Source: Eledone cirrhosa
Lineage: Eukaryota
Assembly (NCBI GenBank): GCA_964016885.1
Contig: OZ024742.1
Span: forward strand, 284,208,001-284,272,000
Length of the DNA: 64,000 nucleotides
Direction: 5' to 3'
Positions 10,551 to 23,840 of this stretch are shown in pieces (the first letter of the stretch is position 1; each line of letters begins with the position of its first letter). The translations under genes were made by a program, and so were the position numbers. The notes below the pieces were generated by a model. That model was not told where the DNA came from. It saw only the letters and a list, made by a program, of their open reading frames with translations, and ran no database searches.

Positions 10551-13235
10551 TCATCATCATCATTTTACGTCCGCTTTTCCCTGCTTGCAAGGGTGGGACG
10601 GGTCTTATTCAGCACAGCATTTCTCCACTTGTCACGGTCCTTTGTCATCTCCACCGTGAGCTTCAGCAATCTGAGGTCTGTTCTCACCACCTCCGCCCAT
10701 GTTTTTTTTTCGTCTACCTCTACCACGTCTTCCTTCAACTGGCATATCCTGGCACTTCTTCACCTATCGGTCATCCTCCATGCGCATCACATGTCCATAC
10801 CACCGCCGTCTCCTCTCTAGCATGCTACATTCTATCCCTCTCAGACACAGTTTCTCTCTCAATACATCCATGCTGGGTCGTTTACGCACATTGACATTGT
10901 ACATCCAATGGAGCATGCTTGCTTCATTTCTCTCCAGCTATCGCATATCCTCTGCAGTTGCTGCCCATGTCTCACTACCATGCAGCATTACGCTCCTCAC
11001 ACAGGCATCATATAACCGGCCTTTCGTACGCAGAGAGAAACCTTTCTTCGTCAGCAGAGGAAGCAGCTCCCTTCTACTCATCAACAAATTTGTCTTAGCT
11101 AGGTTCACTCTCAGTCCTCTTGCTTCCAACTGCTGTTTCCATAGCCAGAATTTATTCTCTAGCTCCTCTACTGATTCTGCTATAAGAACCAGATCATCAG
11201 CATAGAGAAGTTCCCATGGACAGCCAGTCTTAAACTCCTCTGTTATGGCTTGGAGGTCTATAATGAACAAGAGCCGGCTGAGGACCGAACCTTGATGTAC
11301 TCCTACTTGTATCTGGAATTCCTCACTAAACTCCATTCCTACCCTGACTTTACTGACAGCACCTCTGTACAAAGTTTGCACTGTCCTCACAAGCCATTCC
11401 TCAACACCTAGTTTCCTTAGGGACCACCAGATGACAGATCGGGGTACCCTATCAAAGGCCTTCTCTGGGTCAACAAAGGTTAAGTATAATGTCTTATTCT
11501 TCTCTAAGAACCTCTCTTGTAATTGTTTCACCAAGAAGAGAGCATCTGTTGTACTTTTCTCAGGCACAAAACCAAACTGCCTCTCATCTAGTTTGACCCT
11601 TTCTCTAATTAGTTGTGCTAATATCCTTTCTGCCACTTTCATAACCTGATCCATCAGTTTTATATCTCTATAATTGCTCCTCTTCAGAGCATCCCCTTTA
11701 CCTTTGTAGCAATTTATGAGAATACTGCTGCACCAGTCTTTGGGTATGACACCACCATATATAGCCTGATTGATGATGCGTGCAACCAGTTTAATGCATA
11801 CGTCCCCTGATGCCTTCAGTATCTCAGCAACTATCCCCGACACTCCAGCACCCTTACCATTTTTCGTTTTCTTAATCCCCTCTTGGACCCTATATTTGTC
11901 AATCTCAATAGCTGGACCCTCTGTCGGATCTACTGAGGGTAATTTCTCTCTCTCCCATTCGTTCTCCACATTCATCAGTCTCTCATAATGACATTTCCAG
12001 GCCTCCTTTTTTTGATCATTCGTGACACTAAGTACACCGGCATCATTCCGGACACATTTATCTCCAACAACATCCTGATTTAGATTGACACACTGCCTTA
12101 CAATGTGGAACACCGCACGCTTCTTATCTTCCTGTCACAGAACATTGGAAAACCTCCTACTCTCTGCCTCCTTGCGTGCTAAGTACACCTGACGTCTAGC
12201 TTCTCTCTTAGCGGCTGTACATCTTTCTCTACTCCCACCCTTTTTCCAAGCCTTCCATGCTAGTCTTTTGTCTCTAATGGCCCTATCTACTGTGCTGTTC
12301 CACCACCAGGCCACTCTCTGTCTGGTTGGAGCTCTGCCTCAGCCACAAGTTTCATCAGTAGCCTGCAGTAAGTTGTCACGTAAGAAATTCCAGTTACTAT
12401 CTGTCATTCGACTCTAAATAATCTTCTTTTTCGTCATACACATCTTGAAGGGCTTTCCTAAATTTGTATTTTAGTGAAAGGTCTTTTAGCTTCCAGACCT
12501 TTCTTCTCCACACCTTCCTGTATGTCTCATTCCATCTCTTGCTTACTGAGATATCACTAACGACTAACCTATGCTGTGGGGTACATTCTTTCCCAGGATA
12601 TGCCTTGGTATTTGACACCATCTGCTTGTCCCGCTGCCTAACTAGTAAGAAGTCAACCTGGCTTATGTGCTCGCCTGATTTGTAGGTTATTAGGTGGTTG
12701 GCAGGTTTCTGGAAGTTAGTGTTGCAAATAGTCAGTGTACTTGCATCACAAAATTCAAGAAGTCTTACTCGTTCTTCATTTCTTGAGCCGTAACCGTGCC
12801 CACCATGTACCCCAGTGTAACCATCCTGGAGCTGTCCAACATGACTATAGAAGTCCCCTGCTAGCATAACGATGTCTCCGTTCTCTGTCATTGCGGCTGT
12901 TTGTAAAAGTTGCTCGTAAAAGCAGTCTTTCTCTTCTTTGCCTAGGCCTGCTTGGGAGCATAGGCAGAGATGATTGTCAGTAGTCTCCTGCCTACAACTA
13001 TCTAAGCTTAATTATTCGATTATTAACTCGAACCACCTCTATTGTCTTATTGATCCATCTCTCAGCCAGGAAAATGCCTACTCCCCCTAACCCATCATCC
13101 TTACCTACCTAGAAAAGCTTATAGCTAAGATGTTTGCCTGCGACTAGTCTCGCAGAGGCACTTCTCCATCTCACCTCTTGCACGCAGCACACATCCACAT
13201 GCCTTCTCTCCAGCATCTCCACTATTTCACCAGAT
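10551..13235 (-). mobile_element. Degenerate near-full-length RTE LINE with internal deletion of the PHD-like region
   Basis: ORF pieces 13109..13294 (VQEVRW), 12397..12891 (GDF, VDFLL, PQHR), 10938..12113 (RT, YADD); 3' tail (GAT)n at 10551; junction NLAKT-NLLMSR-RELLPLL near 11070-11095. Confidence 0.92.
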
Positions 13236-13778
13236 ATTTTTGTTGTTCCTATATATTTGTTGCTGTGCTCATAATTGTTTTGGCATTGATACACTAGTTG
13301 GATGCCCTTCCTAACACCAGTGCGACCTTACAGCATGGACTGGGTACTTTTATTCGTGCAACCAGCACTAGAGAGGATGTCTTACTGGACTCATGGGCCC
13401 TCTCTATCCCTCCATTTTACAGCATGGTCATAACAAAAAAAAAACAAAAAGAAACAAAAAAAAAAACACCACTTATTGACACTCACGGCACTCACACACC
13501 AACACTCATGCATACAAACACACACGCCACTCACACACCAACACTCATGCATTCAAACACACACACACCACTCACACACACACACACATACATATATTAC
13601 CGTCAGTACTGATACAAGATCATATATATATATATATATATGTAAATGCAAAAGTTCTATTTAAGGTTGTTGGGATACAACAAGTAAATATTTTTGTAAC
13701 TGATATAAAGCACTCGACAAGTTTTTGGAGTAGATATACGATATTAATAAATGGAAACTATATTTATAAAACCATATT

Positions 13779-13843
13779 TATTTCATTATACATATTTCAG
13801 GGATACCATATTAAATTATGGTATGCCTTCATCAGACAAAATA
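13779..13843 (-). ncRNA. Candidate minimal type I hammerhead ribozyme (Penelope-type), left arm
   Basis: Reverse complement: tattttgt-CTGATGA-aggcataccata atttaa tatggtatccct-GAAA-tatgtata-atgaaata; core and 11/12-bp stem II visible. Confidence 0.6.
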
Positions 13844-16800
13844 CAATATATAACAGTTTTATAAATAGCTTTGACGTACCCTTTTAAAATACAACCATTA
13901 CTTTCGGAGGCTGTCTGGATAGTGAATTGTTTATATTGTTTTAATAAGTTGTAGTGTTAAGCACAATTAGAAAAAGACAGAGATAAAGAAAAAGAAAAAA
14001 GACGGAGAGAGAGAAAAGAACAAAGACGGAGAGAGAGAAAGAAAGAAAACCTGGAGAAATATCGGAGAGAGAAATGTATGGAGAAAAGAAAGAGATAAAT
14101 AAAGATAGGAGGAAATAAAAAATAAAAATAAAAAAAATTAAAAAAAAGGAAGAAATAAGAAAAACAAAGGAAAGCAACAGAGAGATATCAAGTCATCATA
14201 CAGAGAGAAAAACTCAAGAGAGAGAAATACTATAGAGAGAGAGAGAGGGGGGGGGGGGGGGCAATGAAAACTTTACGTCATGTCATATTAAGTTGAGTTA
14301 ACAATTTATATGAAATGAATAATAAAAATATAAGTATCAATATTCATGAATGGGACATAGATATATAATATGAGAAATTAAACATTGATCAATAATGACT
14401 ATATGTTTAGTTTAGAAACTTGAGATCAATATATCAAAATCTGAGTTCAAAATGTACTCTTGCTATAGAGATCAGTATTTTATGCAAAGACATAGAAATA
14501 CATATGTATATATATATACATATAGATACGCACGTCCTGAAAATAGAAATTATGTTTACTCAAGCCAACAATATAGCCATACAAAACGTAAATGATTTCT
14601 CTTAATCACTGCTATACATTCTTTGTGTTATAAAAATTTCACAGTATATATATACAAATATATACGATTAACATTCATGTCCTCATATATACGATTACCA
14701 TTCATGTGTCTAATATTATGCATATCTGCAATATACCTCCCAACCACATAGATATATACACATACATATGTATAAATAAATATTTGCGTGCGTTGTCACG
14801 CATCACTCATGTATATATACAGACATATATAGACACAAAAAAAATCTATAACACTTTTTATGCATGTTAATATACACATATGCATTTGCATAGAGATAAT
14901 CAAATATCAATATTTCACTAAAGGATTATAAACATAACCACAACAAAATAAATTTAAAATACCAAAGGAGTATATTTTGGAAATGCAGCTATATCAGTAT
15001 AGACAAAAGAAATCTATAATATCAAAGCATTAAATATCTTTAAAACACTATAGAGTATCTTAAGTTAAAATAATATGTTTTATATATTTAGTATAGAAAT
15101 TTATCCTACGTATATCTCAATCAAGATATTGAAAGGGTAGACATATGAAAGTTATGAGAAGCTATCATAATCAAAACAAATAAATAAAAATAATTTAAAA
15201 GATTTTAAAAAAACCCAATGATTCTACAGATAACCTTATATTTAGTATAGAAATTTACCTTACGTATATTTTATTTAATACATTGGAAGTATAGACATTT
15301 TAGAGTAGTTTATTATATCCTTGTTTATATTTAGGAAGAAAGTTTAAAAAGAAAAAGGTGAAGGAATCTAATGATTTATCGACAGGTTCCATATATTAAC
15401 TAAACTATATATGGAACCTGTCGATAAATCATTAGATTCCTTCACCTTTTTCTTTTTAAACTTTCTTCCTAAATATAAACAAGGATATAATAAACTACTC
15501 TAAAATGTCTATACTTCCAATGTATTAAATAAAATATACGTAAGGTAAATTTCTATACTAAATATAAGGTTATCTGTAGAATCATTGGGTTTTTTTTAAA
15601 TCTTTTAAATTAATTTTATTTATTTGTTTTGATTATGATAGCTTCTCATAACTTTCATATGTCTACCCTTTCAATATCTTGATTGAGATATACGTAGGAT
15701 AAATTTCTATACTAAATATATAAAACATATTTTAACTTTAGATACTCTATAGTGTTTTAAAGATATTTAATGCTTTGATATTATAGATTTCTTTTGTCTA
15801 TACTGATATAGCTGCATTTCCAAAATATACTCCTTTGGTATTTTAAATTTATTTTGTTGTGGTTATGTTTATAATCCTTTAGTGAAATATTGATATTTGA
15901 TTATCTCTATGCAAATGCATATGTGTATATTAACATGCATAAAAAGTGTTATAGATTTTTTTTGTGTCTATATATGTCTGTATATATACATGAGTGATGC
16001 GTGACGACGCACGCAAATATTTATTTATACATATGTATGTGTATATATCTATGTGGTTGGGAGGTATATTGCAGATATGCATAATATTAGACACATGAAT
16101 GGTAATCGTATATATGAGGACATGAATGTTAATCGTATATATTTGTATATATATACTGTGAAATTTTTATAACACAAAGAATGTATAGCAGTGATTAAGA
16201 GAAATCATTTACGTTTTGTATGGCTATATTGTTGGCTTGAGTAAACATAATTTCTATTTTCAGGACGTGCGTATCTATATGTATATATATATACATATGT
16301 ATTTCTATGTCTTTGCATAAAATACTGATCTCTATAGCAAGAGTACATTTTGAACTCAGATTTTGATATATTGATCTCAAGTTTCTAAACTAAACATATA
16401 GTCATTATTGATCAATGTTTAATTTCTCAAATTATATATCTATGTCCCATTCATGAATATTGATACTTATATTTTTATTATTCATTTCATATAAATTGTT
16501 AACTCAACTTAATATGACATGACGTAAAGTTTCATTGCCCCCCCCTCTCTCTCTCTCTCTATAGTATTTCTCTCTCTTGAGTTTTTCTCTCTGTATGATG
16601 ACTTGATATCTCTCTGTTGCTTTCCTTTGTTTTTCTTATTTCTTCCTTTTCTTTCTTTTTTCTTTTTTCTTTTTTATTTCCTCCTATCTTTATTTATCTC
16701 TTTCTTTTCTCCATACATTTCTCTCTCCGATATTTCTCCAGGTTTTCTTTCTTTCTCTCTCTCCGTCTTTGTTCTTTTCTCTCTCTCCGTCTTTTTTCTT

Positions 16801-16948
16801 TTTCTTTATCTCCGTCTTTTTCTAATTGTGCTTAACACTACAACTTATTAAAACAATATAAACAATTCACTATCCAGACAGCCTCCGAAAGTAATGGTTG
16901 TATTTTAAAAGGGTACGTCAAAGCTATTTATAAAACTGTTATATATTG

Positions 16949-17013
16949 TATTTTGTCTGATGAAGGTATACCATAATTTAATATGGTATCCCTGAAATAT
17001 GTATAATGAAATA
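16949..17013 (+). ncRNA. Candidate minimal type I hammerhead ribozyme (Penelope-type), right arm
   Basis: Stem I 16949-16956 pairs with 17006-17013 (2 G-U); CTGATGA 16957-16963; stem II 16964-16993 (11/12 pairs, 6-nt loop); GAAA 16994-16997; near-palindromic stem III ATATGTAT; predicted AUA cleavage after 17005. Confidence 0.62.
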
Positions 17014-17052
17014 AATATGGTTTTATAAATATAGTTTCCATTTATTAATATC

Positions 17053-17087
<35 letters not shown>

Positions 17088-18118
17088 TATATATATATAT
17101 ATGTATTATATACACACACACACACACCTACATACACGCATATATGCATACACACACATAATACATGCACACGTCAATAGTTCAATCAATATATTTATTA
17201 TTTCAAGGTCATCCTATTTAACTTTACCCTTTACCAGAGTTGGACTAGATAGTGGTGGTGGTGGTGGTGGTGGTATCTGAGGATTTACATACAGGAGAGG
17301 GCTGTTATCTCGTCATATTGTGGAAGGTCTGTGTGTTAATTTGTTACATAATGAATGCATTTTCTAATAATTCATTATATAGTGAGGGTGTGTTAGTTGA
17401 ATATATGTGGAATACAATTTTATAGTGAGAGACATATTTCCCGATTTTTAGAATAGGTACACTATACCCTTGTATGTCCTTAAAGGCAAATACAAAGGTT
17501 GACATCAGAAAGGTCATCCAGTCATAAAATATTATCTCAAACCACCCCATCCAACCACATGCCAGCATGGAAAAGTGGTCATGAAAACGGTGATGATATA
17601 TATATACCATATATACTCAAATATAAGCCGACCCACCCAATTTATGTCGGAGAAATGGGCAAAAATCCAAACCATGTTTATTAGCTGAAGCAGCTAATCA
17701 ATATATTTTTAGATGGAAATCTCAGGTGTATAAAATATATTAATGACACTTTAATATTTTGATGTTTAAAATGTTTTAAGTTTTGTTTAGTATATAGTTT
17801 CTATTTCACAACTTCATTATATAATGCTTTTTTTTTTACTATTTCATCCATTTTATAAAGTTTCAACAAGTTTCTTGAATTTTTGTTTACTTCCAGCTAT
17901 ACAAATGCTGGGGTAGTTGAAAGAAAAGATTGAGTAAGAGAACATTGTATAGAGATTCATAGAGTAGAAGAGGAAGAGAGACAACAAGAGAGGGAGAGAG
18001 GGGGGGAGACAGAGCAAGAAAAAGAGAGAACAAGAACAATAACACACAAATAAGAAATAAGATTTCAATCTTATGTAAGATTGAAAGAAAAAGTATTAAG
18101 TCAGAGAAAAACAGTCAG

Positions 18119-18166
<48 letters not shown>

Positions 18167-19327
18167 ATATTTATGTATTAAAAAGTTCAAATCGTAAAGA
18201 TTTGTTGGAAATATTTTCAATGGAATGCATAAATAATATTCATGACAATCTAGGATATTTAGAAAGCAGTGTTTTCATTGTAATATAATTGATCTAGATA
18301 TTTTAACACTTTATTTAGGTACAATTTGAAGTTAGTGAAAATATTAACCTTGAATATAAGCTGACTTCCCATTTTACTATCAATGTTTTTATCACATATT
18401 TCTCAGCTTATATACGAGTATATATGGCATACCTACATATATACGTACATAATAACCATTTAACGTAGATTTTTCCACACTAGCACGGGTTAGACAAGTT
18501 GTCCTGTTGTGAGACAAGATCAGATGCTCATGATATACTCAAACAGAACTGTTTCTGGCTTCTACGGCTGGATGCCTTTACTAACAGCAACCACATTTAC
18601 AGAGTGGACTGAGTGCTTTATTTTTTGTGGCCAAAATGACCACTTTACAGTGTGGACTGGGCACTTTTTGTCGTGTCACCAACACAACCACTTTACAGTG
18701 TGGACAGGGCACTTTTTGTCATAGCTCAAAACAACTACTTTACAGTGTGGATTGGGCGCTGGGGTGGGAGAGGTGTATGTATGTAGGATGGGAATTAGAG
18801 AGGTAGGTCTACAGTGGGGCACTTAACTAGTGAAGAGTGGAGTGTTACGACATGGGTGGTGTGTGGAAGGGGGAGAGAAAAGTGGTGCATAATAGCGACC
18901 ATTAGATACCACTAAATACATACATTATATATATACATATATATTGCTAGTTGCTGTGTTGTTTGACTTCTTGTTGATAAACATGTGTAAGCAGGTAAGA
19001 GCAGTCAACATTATGTATCTATAGAGCTTAAGGGTGGCATTCAAACATAATGGAGTTACCATGTATGAAATAAACATTATGACAAAAGTTACATAAGCAT
19101 ATTTATTAATTAGCATGAAACTGTGGAGCAATTATTACAATAACAACCGGCACCACAATTGTGTTGACATTTCATGATGTCACACCTGTGCATGTAGCTG
19201 TTGTAATGACTGCACAACACCACCATGCTGGTGTCACAAATATGTATAATTAATAAATATGATTATGTAACTTCTGTCTTAATGTTTATTTCATATATAT
19301 ATATATATACAAATATATATATATATA

Positions 19328-21567
19328 AGGAAAGCCGTTCAAGATGTGTATGACGAAAAAGAAGATGATTTAGAGTCGTAGATAATAACTGGAATTTCTT
19401 ACGTGACAACTTACTGCAGGCTACTGATGAAACTTGTGGCTGGAGCAGAGCTCCAACCAGACAGAGAGTGACCTGGTGGTGGACCAGCACAGTAGATAGA
19501 GCCATTAGAGACAAAAGACTAGCATGGAAAAAGGGTGGGAGTAGAGAAGTATATACAGCCGCTAAGAGAGAAGCTAGACGTCAGGTGTACTTAGCACGCA
19601 GGGAGGCTGAGAGTAGGTGGTTTGCCAATGTTCTGCAACGGGAAAATCAGAGGTATGCAGTGTTCCACATTGCAAAGCAGTGTGTCAATGCAAATCAGGA
19701 TGTTGTTGGAGATAAATGTGTCCGGAATGATGCCGGTGTACTTAGTGTCACAAATGATCAAAAAAAGGAGGCCTGGAAATGTCATTATGAGAGACTGATG
19801 AATGTGGAGAACGAATGGGAGAGAGAGAAATTACCCTCAGTAGATCCGACAGAGGGTCCAGCTATTGAGATTGACAAATATAGGGTCCAAGAGGGGATTA
19901 AGAAAATGAAAAATGGCAAGGGTGCTGGAGTGTCGGGGATAGTTGCTGAGATACTGAAGGCATCAGGGGACGTAGGCACTAAACTGGTTGCACGCATCAT
20001 CAATCAGGCTATATATGGTGGTGTCATATCCAAAGACTGGTGCAGCAGTATTCTCATAAATTGCTACAAAGGTAAAGGGGATGCTCTGAAGAGGAGCAAT
20101 TATAGGGGTATAAAACTGATGGATCAGGTTATGAAAGTGGCAGAAAGGATATTAGCACAACTAATTAGAGAAAGGGTCAAACTAGATGAGATGCAGTTTG
20201 GTTTTGTGCCTGGGAAAAGTACAACAGATGCCCTCTTCTTGGCGAGTCAATTACAAGAGAGGTTCTTAGAGAAGAATAAGCCACTATACTTAGCCTTTGT
20301 TGACCCAGAGAAGGCCTTTGATAGGGTACCCCGATCTGTCATCTGGTGGTCCCTAAGGAAACTAGGTGTTGAGGAATGGCGTGTGAGGACAGTGCAAACT
20401 TTGTACAGAGGTGCTGTCAGTAAAGTCAGGGTAGGAATGGAGTTTAGTGAGGAATTCCAGATACAAGTAGGAGTACATCAAGGTTCGGTCCTCAGCCGGC
20501 TCTTGTTCATTATAGTCCTCCAAGCCATAACAGAGGAATTTAAGACTGGCTGTGTATGGGAACTTCTCTATGCTGACGATCTGGTTCTTATAGCAGAATC
20601 AGTAGAGGTGCTAGAGAATAAATTCTGGCTATGGAAACAGCATTTGGAAGCAAGAGGACTGAGAGTGAACCTAGCTAAGACAAAAGTGTTGATTAGTAGA
20701 AAAGAGGACAAAACTGATTCCATCAGGGAAATGGCCATGTCCAATATGCAGAAAAGGAACTGGCATAAATTCTATAAAATGCACACAATGCAGATCCTGG
20801 GTACACAAGAGATGTAGTGGGATAGCATGAAAACTAACAGGTAGGGAGAAATATGTATGCAGTAGATGTACAGGGAAATTAGACAGTAGAAGTCGCATTG
20901 AGAGACACATTTTTCAAATGCAGACAGGTGCTATAGAAGTGGTGGATAGCTTCCGGTACCTAGGAGATCAGATTAGTATGGGAGGCGAGTGTTCCGAGGC
21001 CATAGTATCTAGAATAAGGACGGGTTGGAAGAAGTTTAGGGAGCTGCTTCCTCTGCTGACAAAGAAGGGTTTCTCGCTGCATACGAAAGGCCGGTTATAT
21101 GATACCTGTGTGAGGAGCGTGATGCTGCATGGTAATGAGACATTGGCAACAACTGCAGAGGATATGCGACGGCTGGTGAGAAATGAAGCAAGCATGCTCT
21201 GTTGGATGTGTAATGTCAATGTGTGTGAACGACCCAGCATGGATGTGTTGAGAGAGAAACTGTGTCTGAGAGGGATAGAATGTAGTGTGCGAGAGAGGAG
21301 ACTGTGGTGGTATGGACATGTGATGCGCATGGAGGATGACCGATAGGTGAAGAAGTGTCAGGAAATGCCAGTTGAAGGAAGACGTGGTAGAGGTAGACCA
21401 TGAAAAACATGGGTGGAGGTGATGAGAACAGACCGCAGATTGCTGAAGCTCACGGTGGAGATGACAAAGGACCGTGACAAGTGGAGAGATGCTGTGCTGA
21501 ATAAGACCCGTCCCACCCTTGCAAGCAGGGAAAAGCGGACGTAAAATGATGATGATGATGATGATGA
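19328..21567 (+). mobile_element. 5'-truncated degenerate RTE LINE, inverted twin of 10551-13235
   Basis: ORFs 19468..20817 and 20918..21346 (RT, frameshift near 20715); tail cccacccttgcaagcagggaaaagcggacgtaaaa(tga)n; shares FVDPEK and VLSRLL variants with the 10551-13235 copy. Confidence 0.93.
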
Positions 21568-21582
21568 TATACCATATATATA

Positions 21583-21880
21583 TCATCATCAACATCATAT
21601 GAAGAGGGTGATCCATGTTGACTGCAGGCACATTCATGACCGTTCAGGCTAATATGGGACAGGCAGGCACGGTCTCAACTGAAGGTAAGTCCGTGCTTGA
21701 TGACTTGGTGTTGTGGTTCTTCGTCCTGTGCCTCCTGTCCTTGACGGTGGCTCTGCAAGTGTTTTCGAGACAGCATGGTTGATGTTGACATGCCAGGCAT
21801 CACAGTTCTCAACTAAGGTAACCACTGGCAATGGTCAATGTGACAAGCACCAAGGGATTTTTTCAAAGTCCTTGTATCAT
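21583..21880 (-). mobile_element. Old RTE-like LINE 3' fragment
   Basis: Minus translation WHVNINHAVSKTL..GGTGRR resembles the RTE C-terminal WFGHV..SKTIL..G.RRRGR pattern; (GAT)n-type tail at 21583-21597. Confidence 0.5.
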
Positions 21881-21930
21881 TTCCTTGATACACACACACA
21901 CATACGCATTCATATATACATATATATATA

Positions 21931-22183
21931 TATGGTGGCTGCTAACTCGTTTTCGAGTACGGCCACTACTTTATATACATGTAGGAGAACCCCTACCGAT
22001 GCGCTGAACGAGTGTGACTTTTGAGTCCAGCCAGCGACTTGAAAACTCTGGTACAAACACTACACTTGTGACAATTATTGACACATAGTGCTGGGCCCAT
22101 GGTACCATGTGACGACAAGTGCAGAGATCTCCAGATATAAAGCAATGCCTGTGCCATGAAGCTTTTATAGTGAGCAAAGGCAC
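21931..22183 (-). mobile_element. 5'-truncated fourth copy of the 610-bp RTE-derived unit
   Basis: Matches the first ~250 bp of the 7971/8895/9767 units; encodes [22 protein letters not shown]. Confidence 0.85.
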
Positions 22184-22361
22184 TTTGTATATATACAATT
22201 ATATACACACATGCACACACACACACATATAAATACATATATACATATATATACACTGACACATATATATATTCTATTATTCTACTGTGTTCCAGCCGAC
22301 TGGCTGATGCCATGCAGGGGTACCGCCATTGATACTACACATTCTACAGCCAGCGATATAT

Positions 22362-22702
22362 AAAGCCTTCAGCTATGAATTTTGGAAGCTGATGGCTAGC
22401 GCCATCCAGTGAATTCCAGCAGAAGCAGGAGAGGGTAACGACCATTTCTGACTGATGGTTGTTATCAAGGATAGTACTCCCCTCACCCTGCTGGAATTCA
22501 GGCTAATCACCTCATGCACATAAGCGTCAAAACTATACATTTTCAACTAGATTAAAATCTAGCAGAGAGCAGGGTTGGGGGAGTACTACCTTGATAACAG
22601 CCATCAGCCAAAAACAGTCATCAGTAGTTACCCTCTCCTGCTTCTGCTGAAATTTTAGATGGCGTTAGCCATCAGCTTCCAAAATTCATAGCTAAAGTCT
22701 TT
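22362..22702. mobile_element. Foldback MITE with ~125-bp imperfect terminal inverted repeats
   Basis: agctatgaattttggaagctgatggctagcgccatc..cagcagaagcaggagagggtaac.. mirrors ..gttaccctctcctgcttctgctg..gatggcgttagccatcagcttccaaaattcatagct. Confidence 0.8.
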
Positions 22703-22811
22703 CAAATGTTTATTTGTAAACATATCGTATATCATTAGACATACAAAATACACATACTATATTTATACAACTGTGTTGGAGTGAAAACTTTAATTCTCTC
22801 TCTCTCTCTAC

Positions 22812-22845
<34 letters not shown>

Positions 22846-23017
22846 GTATGTGTGTGTACATGATATAATATATTTCATTGTTATATATAATGATATTTGT
22901 TCAATGGAATTAGGACAGAATAATATTCCTTGAGATATACAATGATATATTTTATTCATGTTATAAATATAATCATACCACACCATAAATGTAACACACA
23001 ATGTTGCAGGAGATATA

Positions 23018-23337
23018 CTAATGCCCTTGCTTTTGTTTGAACATTGGTGAAGGTGGTGGTGTTTGTTCTGAGGGCAATATCTGAAAAACTTCTGATGCAG
23101 CAGTACTGCAACGAGTGGTATTTATTGGCAGTGTTAAAGACTGTACTGACGTAGTGGTACTGGTGTAGGGATGTTTATCGACAGTGTTACAGACAGTACT
23201 GGTGTAGTGGTACTGCAGGGAGTTGTGTTTATTGGCAGTGTTATAGATAGTACTGGTGTAGTGGTACTGCAAGGAGGGGTGCCTGTACAAATTGAGTCTA
23301 GGACTGTCATAGTAATTTAGGTTACTACAAGTAGTCA
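23018..23337 (-). CDS. Probable terminal exon of the tandem-CABIT gene (Ser/Thr/Pro-rich tail)
   Basis: Acceptor catttctag at 23338-23346; phase 1 matches the donor at 35052; open to the stop at 23018; AATAAA ~60 nt downstream (22951-22956); internal ~57-nt repeat SLQYHYTST. Confidence 0.5.
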
Positions 23338-23569
23338 CTAGAAATGTAATGGTAATTTAACATTTTTTATACTAAATTGTCTGAAACAACCCCTCTACCT
23401 CAAGATACCACAGAAATTTGATTTTCTCCAGACTGAACCTAGATATGTGGTTATTTCTATGTCCATCTTTCCATGTTGGCATGGGCTGGATGGGAGTTTT
23501 GTATGGCTGGATGCCCTTCCTGATGCCAACCCTTTTTTTTGTCACTTCTTATGACATGCAGGGATATAT

Positions 23570-23840
23570 AACAGCAATTTAAGTTGCCACAGACTGTATC
23601 TGGATGTATCATAGCAGTTTAAGTTGGCACAAACTGTAACTGGATACTTAAAAGCAATTTAGGTTCCCACAGACTGTAACTGGATACTTAAAAGCAATTT
23701 AGGTTCCCACAGACTGTATCTGGGTACTTAAAAGCAATATAGTTTGCTACAGACTGTACCTGAGTACTTAGCAGCAATTTAGGTCGCCACAGATTTGACC
23801 TGGGTACTTAACACCAATTTAGTTTGTCACAGAATGTAAA
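23570..23840. repeat. ~40-bp minisatellite, about 7 units
   Basis: agcaatttaggttcccacagactgtaactggatacttaaa repeated with variants. Confidence 0.85.

Larger units (their letters stand above)
13734..17058. repeat. Giant near-perfect palindrome: two ~1.66-kb inverted arms, 10-nt loop at 15397-15406
   Basis: Centre ...gacaggttccatatat|taactaaact|atatatggaacctgtc...; arms match out to atatacgatattaataaa (13734) / tttattaatatcgtatat (17058). ORF track shows the same 61-aa peptide at 14420+ and 16195-. Only scattered substitutions and indels. Confidence 0.97.

Noticed and set aside
14420-14605. 61-aa ORF duplicated at 16195-16380
   Set aside because: Consequence of the palindrome; non-ATG start, includes microsatellite, no recognisable motif.
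15380-15425. Viral hairpin-telomere or concatemer junction
   Set aside because: AT-rich palindrome centre is suggestive, but no viral or Polinton genes are in the window and the arms contain host-like microsatellites.
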